Origin: Schizosaccharomyces osmophilus
Taxonomy: Eukaryota
Length of the DNA: 64,000 nt
Reading direction: 5' to 3'
NCBI RefSeq assembly: GCF_027921745.1
Contig: NC_079239.1
Coordinates: 1,240,001 to 1,304,000, forward strand
Part shown: positions 1 through 12,200 of the stretch, piece by piece
Position numbering within the stretch: the stretch's first letter is position 1
Layout of the letters: the number at the start of each line of letters is the position of its first letter
The notes under the pieces: model-generated
The model's database searches: none
The model's input: the letters and a program-made list of their open reading frames with translations, nothing else
Told to the model about the DNA's origin: nothing
Made by a program: the position numbers and the translations under genes

Positions 1-1080
1 AGACGTTGTCATAGATCTTTGAGGGGTTCTTTGATTGTTTTTTGACAAATCGGAAGTATTTTGATTATTCAATTTATATGCGTAAGAAGGATCCCCTGAT
101 TTTAGAGAATTAGAATTGGGAAAGCCACTATTTGGGCTTCGACCTATATTGAAATCCTTCGTACCATTGTCCTCAGATAAATGATTTAATTTGTCGAAGC
201 GAGATTCCTCTGTCGGGCTTTTGACAGAAGTATCCAACGACTTAATATCTGCTGCTTGCGAGTCAGTTAGTAAATCGCGCACAGATTCAACAGTTATTTT
301 ATTTCTCTGGATATCATCATTGGGTCCTTGCTGAACACTTTTATTCATTTTAGATAAGCGTTTACTAGCTCGTCGTTCAAGAGAGGAAGATTGCTTGAGA
401 GCATTCAAAGCATTTGGCGTATCAGGAAAAGCTGGAGGGCCCAAAAAGCTTTCGAAATTTGTGCTTCGTGTACAGAAAGCATACTCACTACTCCCTTTCC
501 TCGAAGTGTTTTCTTCCGACCCTCGACTGGCCTGTGATTCTTTGCGAGGTCTTAAAAATCGCGATTTATAGAGGGATTGCTTATATTTTAAGCTCTTAAG
601 AAGATGCATGATTATTTCTCGGACATGTGGGAGATGACGCTGAAGGGATTCTGTTGAAGGGATTTCGGCTAGCGTCTCTTCAAGTATAGAACGCAATTCA
701 AATGGGAAATCTTCCAGGTCTAAGCTTTCTATTCCCACTTCTTTAAAAATCCTTATGGTCATATTAAATTCAGTGACGAGTCGAATATAAATAGCTGAGA
801 CATCGTCCGGTTCTGCAAGTTGTTTGCTCCATTTAGTTAAGCTTTCCAACAATTGTTTTGTTATCACCAGTAGTTTTGTTACAGAAGATTCAATCGAATT
901 AGCTATGGGCGTGAACTTATCTCCAGAATGATTTCTAGCAGACGTTACGGAAGGTGCCCTTTGCAAATTGCTGACTGAAGGATATCGTTGAGACGAAGAA
1001 TTCATAGAATCTGTTCTCTGTCTTAATAGTTCTGGATTATTTGAACAAGGTAATTCTTGACCATTGTTATGAAAAGACAT
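1..1080 (-). CDS. bud6: Actin-interacting polarity protein Bud6/Aip3, 5' part only (continues beyond the window)
   Basis: ATG at 1080. I translated 1080-541 by hand with no stop (MSFHNNGQ...IESSVTKLLVITKQLLESLTKW...), an Aip3/Bud6-type N-terminal motif. Absent from the ORF track, consistent with having no stop inside the window. Neighbour of sgo2, as in S. pombe. Confidence 0.85.
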   Translation of the reverse strand, partial: MSFHNNGQELPCSNNPELLRQRTDSMNSSSQRYPSVSNLQRAPSVTSARNHSGDKFTPIANSIESSVTKLLVITKQLLESLTKWSKQLAEPDDVSAIYIRLVTEFNMTIRIFKEVGIESLDLEDFPFELRSILEETLAEIPSTESLQRHLPHVREIIMHLLKSLKYKQSLYKSRFLRPRKESQASRGSEENTSRKGSSEYAFCTRSTNFESFLGPPAFPDTPNALNALKQSSSLERRASKRLSKMNKSVQQGPNDDIQRNKITVESVRDLLTDSQAADIKSLDTSVKSPTEESRFDKLNHLSEDNGTKDFNIGRSPNSGFPNSNSLKSGDPSYAYKLNNQNTSDLSKNNQRTPQRSMTTS

Positions 1081-1646
1081 CTCGAAATTACATAAAATTC
1101 AAAAAGTCGACGTTATAGTAAAAAACTTAAGCCTTAAGCCAGAAACGATGAATAAATAAATAAACGCATAAGATAAAACAAAAAAAAGCAAAATGTTTAA
1201 GAATGCCTATGAGGGATACAGACTTTGCTATGATCTGAAGATGGTTGTGGTCCCAGCTAGATAAGCTCTCGTGACAGAGAAGGTAAAGGTATTGACGAAT
1301 CTCAGACTTGAGCTATTTGATGTCTTTTAAATGAAGTGCCAAGACAGCAAATTTGTATCCTTTTACCTAAGCGTATATGGGAGTTATTGCGACTTAAAAT
1401 AATTACACTGGTAAAATCAAGTTGGTTACGAACAAAAGATAGGCAAAGGCAAGCCCAATATTAGGTACTTATATATACTCAGCTTTTGGATTATTTATAT
1501 ATATATAGTAGATATGACAATCCCAGAAACCGTGTACAATTCAAACATTAACGTAGCTAGTTAATACAAACGAACCCGAAGATTGGGCATTAAATGACAA
1601 GGATATAAAAGGTTTTGAAATAAATAATAGTAAAGGCAGAAGAACC

Positions 1647-3631
1647 CTAGCTATCTGGTTCCTCACCCATGGGTTCGGGTGTTTTAGCACGTCTATGCTT
1701 TCGTGGTTTGGAGTGGTCAGTAGGCAAATTAAAATCCCTCCGCATTTTTGTACGAAGTCCTGGAAGGGCATAATTGACACGCTTTCTCTCTCGTCTACTT
1801 CTTCCATCATTTAATTCCTCGGAGGCGGAGCGACTCTGCTGTTCAGGACTACTGGGTACCACTGTTTTATTTGTGCTTCCTGGAGGCCTTCCTCTTTTCG
1901 TTTTTTTTAAGGGTGGTTCTTCCTTTTTTTCCTTTACTATATTTTTTTCATCTTTTGCATGCGTTTCGAAAAACCTCAGATTGGTTACCGTTGACAGCAA
2001 TTGGAGATTGTCATACAGGGACTCTTGATTGTGCTGGTTGTGCGTTGAATTTGGTGTTTTCTTTGATGAAACTCTATTAGGTGACGCACGGTTGTTCAAG
2101 ATTCCCTGAAGCCAAAGCGGATTAGAAGCTGTTGAGTTATCTCCGCTAGTCACCAGTCCACCGTTCCGAGGCGGCTCACTTGAAAATCTACCATTCGAAT
2201 TTTTTAAAGTGCTTAATGGCTCATCGCTCTCCGATGTGTCTGAATTGGCGGGTAGCCTTGATAAGGAGCTTTTCCTCTTTTCAGGAAGAACTTGTGAGTG
2301 CGGATGAGTGTTGACTCTATGTGATTCTTGTAATTTTATGTCGGCTGTATGCGAGTATAACTCCGGCGTAGGGATTGATTGGGAAACTGACTTTTCGGGA
2401 TTTTGTATCATCTCAGAATTAGTAGGATAGGTTGACGGAGTATCAGATTGTTTTGGGGATGAAGGCTGATGTTCTACAGCCCGAGAAACCTGATCTAATG
2501 AACGACTTTTTGTTTGTTGTTGAATAGGATTAGTATCATTACTTATTCCTATTACTTGCGGTCCTGAAGCATTTGATTTACGATTCAGTTTTGCCTCAAC
2601 GGAAGCTTCATTAGTAGTATTGAAAGGAGTGGAGGATGCCATGTGCCGCTCAGCATTAACAGGGACGATATCCGAGTTTCTCGAATTTATATTATTCAAA
2701 GTTCTCGAGCTTAAATCAATTGTTTGGTCGTGCAAGTCATCATGAACATTGATTTCATTCGTTTCGACAGATTTTGGACCGTTGGAAATTAATTGGTATG
2801 ATTTCCTGCCATTTGAGGAATCACGGGTTTCTTCTCTTCGCTCATTGTGAGACCTCGCTTCGGCAGGTCCACCGGTACTTCTTTCTTCGGAAATTTCTTT
2901 CTCTTTGTTTGTTTCGTGGTTCTCAGTAAGTGAACTGGACGCTTTTTTGGAAGCGTTAATCGAATGGTCGTTTTGGTTACCACTATTGTCTAATAAACAA
3001 CTCAAATTTTTTATAGATACGTCCTCATTAGCCTCTTTCAATATATCCTCTGTTTCTTTAACAAAAGTTTCCTAGTAAATTGGTTAGAAGTTTTAGGAAA
3101 CACTATAAACAGTATAACGCCTTACCTCATCAAGATCTTCTTCGTCCGTTTCAACTTCTCTTGTCGACTGAGATTCCCAAGCTTGAAAGAATTCTATTTC
3201 AAGTTAATATATCAGAAATCAAAATGCTGTATTACCTTGAGCATCTTGACGATATTGACTTATTGATTTTATAAAAGTTTCGGCTTCCCCTTGGCATTTT
3301 GACAAAAGTGAATTAACCTTCTCCTGTAGTCCTTCGTTTTTAATCTGCTGAGACTCCAATTGTTCTTCTAAATTGATTGCAACGGATCTAAGGTCAATGT
3401 TTTCCGACAGCAACCGTTCATTTTCCAATTGAAGATCCTTAATACGGGCCGACTGGGCTTTGCTTATTCTGAATTGAGTGTTATTAAACCACTGATGAAT
3501 TTATGAAAACTACTTACCGTATTATTTCCTTGTATTGTCGAAGCTGCTTTTTCTTAGCTAGCAATGTTAGCAGACGTTATTTCATTTCACGTACATTCTT
3601 CCAAACTCAAAGAAGGAGATGCTGTTGACAT
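1647..3631 (-). CDS. sgo2: Shugoshin Sgo2 (spliced)
   Basis: N-terminal coiled coil (ENERLLSENIDLR) in small exons and C-terminal SGO motif RRERKRVNYALPGLRTKMRR. GT..AG introns with branch sites lie between about 3070 and 3594; ATG at 3631. Confidence 0.93.
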
Positions 3632-4000
3632 TGTCTATTATTTTTTTCAGTCAATTCCATCTACTATTTATTTTTGACCCGAAGTATTCAATATCAAGTG
3701 CTGTGTGCTTGTTTAATGGTGTTGAGGTACAAGCAGTTGACGCTGTCGTCGAAAATGTCAAAGTTGACAGTTTGTGAGGTTTTGAGATTATGAAAGTAAA
3801 TGTAGAAAAAGTTAACTGACTGAGGAATTACAGCGTTTAAAAATAATAATCTATACTTAGTAACGATGAAAGCCATAAAATTACTACTTAGTGGTAAATT
3901 AATAATTATATTAAACTACTAGATTTGTATTCACGTAACTTTAGTATACCATTCTAATTCTTCTTGCTATTATAACGAAAGTAAAAGGAAATGACTAGCC

Positions 4001-6442
4001 TTATAATCCCCAATTATTAACTTCGTTGTTTAATTCCTCTTCTACGTTGTCATTGTCGTCCCATTCTTGCATCCACTCTTCATCAAGTTGATCCTCGGTT
4101 TCGACGTCTGAGGGAGCAGCATCAGATCTCTCAAGAGAAAGAATAGTATTTGCAGAGCTCCTTTTTGTCTTTTCACTGTCAAAAGAACCTTGATTTTTAG
4201 GAATTCCTTCAAATTGATTGGCGTTATTTTCTTTTGGTCGAGGTGTGGAAGCCGGACGGAAGAAGATGTTAAGAAACGACTTGCTAGGAACTTCAACTGA
4301 TGTTTCTTCTTCTCCCTCATTAAAATCTTTGATTCGGTTTAGGAATTTCTGAGTGACTTCTTCGGATGATATACGTAAAGACCTACAGTATGGTTAATAA
4401 ACGATCTAACTTATTTAGTTCCATACTCATTATCATCGACCAATAAAGGTACTATGCATGGAAGGAACTTTGTGGCCAGTTCCTTTGCTGAAAAATAGGC
4501 AGCTGTGGCTAACATAACATCCAAAGTAGCTTTTCGGGCATCAGCAATAGGATCTTTCAGTGATTTAGACAATGCGGCTACTAAAACACGTGTTCGAATC
4601 TATTTAAATTAGACATCTTTCATCCATGAAACCCTTACGTGTTGGTCCAAGTATTCCGAAATCTTTCCAAGGCATATGATTGAATTGATCCTAATGGACG
4701 GTTGAGCATCATTCTGTAATAGGGCAAGTGTGCGCAATAGGTCGTTATTCAATGCCTTCTTAGAAATCTGTCACAAAGTTAGAAAGATAATGTTATATAA
4801 TCTGGCTGCTTACTTTCGATGCTATGGCGGAATAAAGCAAAATTGCTGAGAACTTCAGTTTTGGATCATCAAGCCTGACAAAGTTGCAATATAATAGAAA
4901 AGCATCATCACTTGTTAAGGTTGGCGGCAGAAAATCGTTATGCTTATACAGCGCATCCACTAGCAAGGACCGTACTCGATTATTTGCAGTTTTCAGGCAT
5001 GATAAAAGAGGGATTCCAAAATCTTTTTCAAAATCCTTATTATCTTTTATAGTAAATGCTATTGAAAATAAAAGTTCTGAAGCACTAGTAGATGTACCTA
5101 AAACATTAGCTAGCCGCAAAATCAACGATGTCTTCATACCTGACTTCAGGCTCAAAAAAATCACAGGCAAGACTTTTTTTTGAAGATAATTTGGAGATAG
5201 GAAAGTTAAATTGGTTTTTAGTAATCTGTAAAAACAATAAGTAAACAATGCGTAAGCACGTAAAACACATACTCAAAAAGCTTTTGACAATCAGCTGGAT
5301 CCTGGATTTGCATTTTATTTATCATGTCCACCAGGACGATAAAATTGGACCGAAAAAACCCACCAGGTCTTTCACCCAGTCGTAAAAATTCAGATATACT
5401 AATTCTTTGTTTGGAATCCTGTGAAACCAATTTTTTTAATGAGTTGTGTATACTCTGTATTCGTCAGATATTGTTTATCGTGCGTAACGTATGAACGGAA
5501 TACTTACAGCAGGGATATTCTCTCTTTGGTTAAGGTCAACAGCTTTAGTATTAGTTGAATTAAAAACTTGGTAGACCAGATAAGTAAACTCGATGCAATC
5601 TACTTGTGAAAATTCTCTATACACAAGTTAATGCCAAATCAGCGAAGATTTTTGATAGAACTTACCGGTGTAAAACAAGATCCCTCACACCGGAAGAGGC
5701 TAATGAGTTGAAGGGATTTAGTATTTGAAAGTTTTTCTAATCCCGTTAGGCCTGTACAGAAAAAAAATACGTACTTTGAAGGTATTAGGATTAGAGCCAG
5801 CTAGAAAAAAGTCACCCAATACCCATTCGTAACTTTCATTAAGATAAATAGAAGACAGCTGAACATTTCCATGAATTAAATTTTGTTCCTCAAGGAAAAA
5901 CAACGCAGACTGTGAATGAAGGTTAGCAATTAGCTCCAACAGTGCCTTTTTCGCCAACATACAGCTACTCTCCATAAACCGCATATTTTATGGTAATTAT
6001 TAGATGAACTCAACTCATCTATTAATGGTCGGACAACTTCAGTAGCTATGTAAAGTGTAGTAGACTAAGTCAAAAAGTAGATTAGTAAATGAGTTTTACC
6101 ATGTATGGACATACATCCTTATAAGTTGCCAGTATTTTTATTATGCAAGGATGCCGGATAACTTTGAGCTGATCAGCGGATTGTTCAGTAAGCTTTACCA
6201 ACTCGGGATTTGCTGCAATTGGAATAGAAAAGATGCTGCACTGTTCACCCGTTTGCTAAATGATATGTGTAAGTATGGGCAAATATAATAACTCTTATGA
6301 TTATCAGCATGTATACCTTTATTCTTCCGTTATGTAGAGTCCACAACGATCCTATCGCCAATGGTACTTTCTGATCTAAATCATAAGGAAACATAAAGTT
6401 TGCCTTTGAAATGAGTGATGCTGCAGATTTTAAGAAATCCAT
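4001..6442 (-). CDS. ppk3: SCY1-like pseudokinase/HEAT-repeat protein Ppk3 (many introns)
   Basis: MDFLKSAASLISK start, IHGNVQLSSIYLNESYEWVLGDF pseudokinase segment, HEAT region and an acidic Trp-containing tail ending TAA at 4001. Many GT..AG introns. Confidence 0.88.
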
Positions 6443-6866
6443 TTGAATATATTAATGCTCTACAGAATTCAGACGTAAGTAAGCTTTGAAAAAGATTCAA
6501 GTAACGCAGATTCTACGTTTTTGGGAAATAGCAATTTGAAAAGACGTAAATGAAGCAGACTCAAAAATGTATAATTTCTTAAACCACCTTTGAAATAATA
6601 TGATTAGGCAGCTTTGAAAGGCTTCAAAGGTAGTGAGTGTCCTAGCTACCTTACTCGCAAAGTACTATGAGGGTGTTTGCAGATGTGAATACCTTAGAAA
6701 CCAACTCATAGAAAGCCACAAGGCCAAATAGTGATTACCTGTAATCTTCAATCTTTAAAATCAATATTTTTAGGTAAAACAATCCCTATCGTGTAATATC
6801 GCTAGCTGAATATTTTACATTTTTATAATTGATATATATTTTTTATTATCCTTTCGTAGTAACGAA

Positions 6867-6949
6867 GGCCGTGTGGTTTAGATGGTTATAATTTCTGCTT
6901 AACATTAAATGTTCGCAGACGGTCCCAAGTTCGAGTCTTGGCACGGTCA
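6867..6949 (+). tRNA. tRNA-Val(AAC) with a 9-nt intron (6905-6913)
   Basis: Acceptor stem GGCCGTG/CACGGTC, anticodon stem TCTGC/GCAGA around TT-AAC-A, T-loop GTTCGAGTC, T-run terminator from about 6959. Confidence 0.96.
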
Positions 6950-7268
6950 TAGCCTTCGTTTTTTTTTTAAGGTTGTACCCGAATGGAAGGTTATATTCGA
7001 GCAATTTATTAAATTTATTTATTAATCGAATTGCACGAAAAGAGAGGTATGTTTTGTAACTGTCGTAGCCATGTTTATACGTTGTATGATTGTATGGCTA
7101 CCAAACTTATTGAGCCAAACCTGTCGATTCTCCTATGCTCGGCTTCTATAGCTTTCTAAATTAAGTTCAGTAATTCATCCTTTTGCCTTTTTCTCTTTAA
7201 ATTCCTGCATCTTCCGTTGCTTAGAAATTGTAATACTCTTTTGTATCATTATAGTACAATTTTCGAAT

Positions 7269-7626
7269 TGTCATAACTGGTATACGATATTACTAATATC
7301 TTGATAATATTATTGTATAAAAATAAGGATTCGTGAATGTAATGAATAAACAAAGAAAATACTATTAGACAAAGACTTTGTTACAAATTATAAAAAATGC
7401 AAATTACCTGGCAAATCTCCAGATTGGAAGATTTGACTGATCTAGCTAAATAAAATTGTTCATACAACTTACTTAGCGAATCAGATCCCTGGAAGCTATT
7501 ACTATTTTTCTATAGTACAAACGCATCCAATCTATAAGTCAAATATACAATTTTATGAATTGTTATTACTTACATCTTTTCCACTGAATACTTATTCTCA
7601 TAACAAGTGAGATTCGTCCTGTGACA
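7269..7626. mobile_element. Solo LTR 1 (358 bp) of a Tf/Gypsy-type retrotransposon
   Basis: TGTCA...TGACA inverted termini, Tf-like length, 5-bp TSD CGAAT at 7264-7268 and 8025-8029 (right copy displaced by LTR 2). Sense strand is probably minus (inference). Confidence 0.88.
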
Positions 7627-7627
7627 C

Positions 7628-8020
7628 TGTCATAACTGGTATACGATATTACTAATATCTTGATATTATTATTGTATAACAATAAGGATTCATGAAAGTA
7701 ATGAATAAACAAAGAAACTCTTGAAACAAAGAGTTGAAAGAAGACAAAGAAAATACTATTAGACAAAGACTTTGTTACAAATTATAAAAAATGTAAATTA
7801 CCTGGCAAATCTTCAGATTGGAAGATTTGACTGATCTAGCTAAATAAAATTGTTCATACAACTTACTTAGTGAATCAGATCCCTGGAAGCTATTACTATC
7901 TTTCTATAGTACAAACGCATCCAATCTATAAGTCAAATATACAATTTTATGAATTGTTATTACTTGCATCTTTTCCACTGAATACTTATTCTCATAACAA
8001 GTGAGATCCATCCTGTGACA
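7628..8020. mobile_element. Solo LTR 2 (393 bp), same family and orientation as LTR 1
   Basis: TGTCA...TGACA termini and TSD GACAC at 7623-7627 and 8021-8025. Differs from LTR 1 by 11 substitutions (hand count) and a 35-bp indel. Confidence 0.88.
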
Positions 8021-8501
8021 GACACGAATTTAAAAATTATAAGTGGATTTGCAATATATAACAATATGCTTATATTTATAAAGGTAATATTGTTTACAAA
8101 TACATACGCTCATATGCTATAATATAATTTGCTAAATTGTTTTTATTGTTCTAATACTGGTTAAATCTTAAGTTTTGAGCATATGCTTTTAGTTATTATC
8201 ATACCCAGCAGTAGAGCAAGAAGGATAATGAACGATAAAGTATTCCATTTAAATTATTATTATTAAGCATAAACTCCATTTAGTTGGTCTATCTATGCAC
8301 TACATTCTCTCAAACTTTGACTCAAACTATGGAGCACCAAAGCTAGTGTAGTCAATCGAAATGTTTAGTTAAGTAAATATACGATTGTATATTCTTTTTA
8401 TATTCATTGAGAGACTTTTTATATAAAGAAAGCGATACGATTATCATCAACTCGTTTTCTTCACTCTACCTAACTAATTGTACGCCTCTGTCCTTTCACA
8501 A

Positions 8502-9009
8502 ATGGTTAAACTAAGACTGGTTTTTTTGGCCATTGCAGGACCTAAAAATGAGCAATTGTATCTGGAAGTTTTTGACTCTCTAGAAAAGTCATTATTATCA
8601 AAGTACCAATATTTGAGCGAGCTAAGTCTGGACGTTATTCAAGATTTGGTTCAAAATCCAGAAAGGACTTCCAATGATTGTTTCTTGGGATTATTGGGAG
8701 TAGAAGAGGATATAAGTACATATGCTTTTTGCAGCAACACTAATGTGAAGTTCATTTTGGCAGTTCGTTCATCTGATTTCGTAGTGCGCGAATCAGAAAT
8801 CCGACAGGTAAGAAGAAATCAATAAACAATGCTTTCACTTGTGATCTGTTACTAACACGCTAACTTAGCTTCTTCGGAGAATTTATACTATTCATACTCA
8901 TGCTGTATGCAATCCATTTTCCCTGGAACTGACTCCCGACACTCTTAAGCAATCCCTTTATTTTAATGAGACGTTACAGCAGTTGAGTTTAGACTGGAAC
9001 AATCAATAA
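8502..9009 (+). CDS. tca17: TRAPP complex sedlin-like subunit Tca17/TRAPPC2L
   Basis: LAIAGPKNEQLYL, NTNVKFILAV and HAVCNPF sedlin-family motifs; one intron at 8808-8868; TAA at 9009. Confidence 0.87.
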
Positions 9010-9245
9010 GTCTTATATGAATTAAATTGAAGCCACTTTTGTTTCTCTTTCTTTTTAAATGCTTAATACGTCCAGGATGCAGTTTGAATCAGCAAGAAAC
9101 ACTTTTTTCATAAAACTATATGTACATCATTCTATTTCGTGTTATTAACTTAACTTAATTATCACATAACTTTAACTTTCTAAGTAATAAGTAATGGTAA
9201 TAATATAAACTAAAAAAAAAGCAAGATCCATTATACCTTTTATCT

Positions 9246-12200
9246 TCAAGCCATATCATAAACCTGCAATGAGCCTGAATCTCCAGAGCGGGTAATCAAT
9301 GATAAGACCATTTGTCGCAGCCAAGCATTTCGAACTGCATGGTCGTAACGTTTTTGGCTTAAAAATTGAGGACATCCTCGGATTAATCGAAAATCGGTTT
9401 CCCCATGGATGTCTAAATATGGGGCAGGCACGACCATACCGGCACCACTAATTCCGTCTAGAAATAGAATTCCACACATTTTAATTAAAAAGTAAATACC
9501 TATGCCATCAGAGCATTCTCTGGAGTGAACATTACACTCACCAGGCTGTCTTTGTGCTGCAGTAGTAGTTTGGCGAGCGCTAAAACAAACCACACTTCCA
9601 CATTGCAAACACACCGCTGGTAAAATTGGAGTTTTATGACACATGCAGCAAATAGATTCTTGCATTATATCCATCAAATTTTCCAGCCTAGATGGAAGCT
9701 TCAAAAGTTCATATACGCCAGGATATTCCAGTCTTGGCTTACCAATCGATGTGTTGTTTTCAGCAAAATGTTGGCACCAGCCATCGATAATCTGCATTTG
9801 TTCTGGGGACTGTTGACTTCCTAAGCTTGTGTATACTTCATCCAAAGTAGGAAGCTCCATAAGCTCACAAAGTTGCGTAAGTTCGGTCTTTTCATTAAAC
9901 GTGCCATCACCAGAATCCTCAAAATAGACATTCAAAAGACTGTAATAAACCAAAGAGACTCTTCTTAAAAATGGGAGCATAAACTTCTCAACCAGTGTCA
10001 ATAAATTCAAAAGAGCAACGTTGCTTTCTAAGATGTGGCACTTCGCTTCATAGCCGCAAGCACGGAATACATGACTACAGAAATGATAGAATGCACTCTT
10101 AGCAGTATCGCTATACTCAAGCGAAGGTTCGCCAAAAGTATCTATTTGCTCCACACAGGAGCTAGTCTCGACCACAATTTTGCAAATATTAGCAACATAG
10201 TAAAGTCCTGTGTAATAGAAAATGCGACTCTGCTTCTCATTTATAATCATTAGAGCAATAGTTTTAACATACTCATTGAATACATCTGAAGAAAGTAAAG
10301 GTTTAAAACAGCCCGCTTCAAAACTATCCGGATTTTGGAGCATACGTTCCTTAATATCGGATTTCCCGTAAAACAGTTTACAAAGCTGACGATTCTGGGT
10401 TTTAATGAAGTCAGAAGCCGTAGCATCAGAACTAGCAACCTTATAGCATAAGCTTTTCATGACCGTTTCAGCAAATGATAAGAGAAATGCTGAATTGATG
10501 GAACCGATATCGCTTATCCAGATTGGAGCTTCATGACTTTGACTAGTAGGTGTACCACGGTAAATGACTTCTACTGAAGCAAGGCTATAGCTCAACGAAT
10601 CCAACAATTCATCTGGCAAGCTTCCCTTTGATGAATTACCACCATTAAGTTTTGACGCCGAGAATTCCATAACAGAGAAATAGCGTCGTAAAGCGTCCTG
10701 ATTATCGCCCATAAGGTTTTCCTCCTTCGGTATGACAGCACTTTGACTTGTGTTAATCCAAGGACGGTTCAAAGAACTCTCAGCAGCTTTTCTTACAATG
10801 TCACTGCTTGTGGAAGTCATATGATATTCAAAGCTTTCACTATCTTTGACAGAAAAACTACTTAAGAATGCTTCCATATCTTTATCGGCACCAAAGTCGT
10901 TAAGACGAAGACAGAGTCTAGGTGTATGAGCAGTAGGAATTATTACATTTGATAAATAGCCACAAAGAGGGCACATAAAATACCGAGTTGCAGGAGTGGT
11001 TTTATGCTTGTCATTTATATACGTGGAAGGATCACTTCTTCTGAGGAGCCTTGAGTTGGCATATGTGTCAAAACACTGAGTGTGCATAAGATGACCACAA
11101 CTAGAGACATAAATACCTTCAAAATTATGATTCACGGGATACGCTCCTAAAATGCGAGTCTTTGTTTCATGTAAAGCAACTTTTTCAGCTTTTTCGCCAA
11201 ATGGACGGTCAGGCAGTTGGGCGTTAAAATTAGAAGGTATGGTAAGTAACTCTTGAAGAATATGCTTTGTATTCGCTGTCTCTCTTAAAAAGCTGCTTTT
11301 ATTAATGGTGCCTAGCATTCCATATGGTGCTTCTTCATTACAACTTTCTTGGCACAACAAGCAATTTCCACGCAAATGTTCATGTTGTTTGAATGGTTGT
11401 CCATACGTATCCGCAAACTCATCCTCATCATCAATGTTAAAATCCGTATTTTGTGCCATAAAGGAGGCTTGTTGTGCTCGGAATTGCTGCATTATGTTTT
11501 TCTGTTTTTCCAGTGCAATCCGCTTTTTCTCTTCCACGCTCTTTGCTTCATCCATAGCTGGCTGCTCAACTCTCGACCCTTCAGGAATTACCCGAGTATG
11601 TTGTAAGATACTAGCGCAAGTAGTAGTGTCAGATCTTTTCAAAATATTCAAAAAGTGATTGGCCTTTGGATGTAATGATTTTAATTTGGAAGAATTAATG
11701 ATGTCAAGGCACAACTCGGCCAAACAATAGCTTGAATGATCGCTTTCTTGATTATCCGTAGAAATTGGCTGTCCAAGACAATGCTTCGTGTAAAACGTCG
11801 TAGAGCCGGTAAAGTCGTTGATTCTAGAGGCAACTAAACAAAGTTGAAGAGTTTCGTTAATAATGGTTTCACTAACGTCCACATTTTCGTGTTTATTTAA
11901 AATAAGAAGAGCATATTCCAGAGAGCGAAGAAGGGTTAGGTAAAAAACATCAGAGTTTACTAGTGCAAAGAAAATATCTTGACCGTTCTTCTCAAGAAGC
12001 TTAAAATTGGGTTCAATAACGGCAGCCTCCAAGGGGACGCTATATTTATCAGACAAGCGTTTCTTCAGAACAGCCTCGGCCTCTTCCCTTTCATTTTTAG
12101 AATAGTAAGAACTATAAGGATTTATTAAGTCAAAGTATTCATCCTTGAGTGTATATAAACCGAAATCGTGAAGACCATCAGGTGGTTTATAGTTAGTCAT

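Noticed and set aside
7061..7258. Possible third, older LTR (TGTC start, 8-bp inverted repeat GTAGCCAT/ATGGCTAC)
   Set aside because: No convincing end, TSD or similarity to the two LTRs.
7404..7413. TTACCTGGCA resembling the U1 snRNA 5' end (present in both LTRs)
   Set aside because: Only 10 nt match and no U1 body follows; at most a splice-donor-like sequence on the minus strand.
7566..7766. 66-aa ORF across the LTR junction
   Set aside because: Non-ATG start, spans two LTRs and has no Gag/Pol similarity.
7269..8020. Simple tandem duplication or integrated 2-LTR circle junction
   Set aside because: Each copy has its own 5-bp TSD, and the copies differ by 11 substitutions and an indel, which fits two separate insertions.
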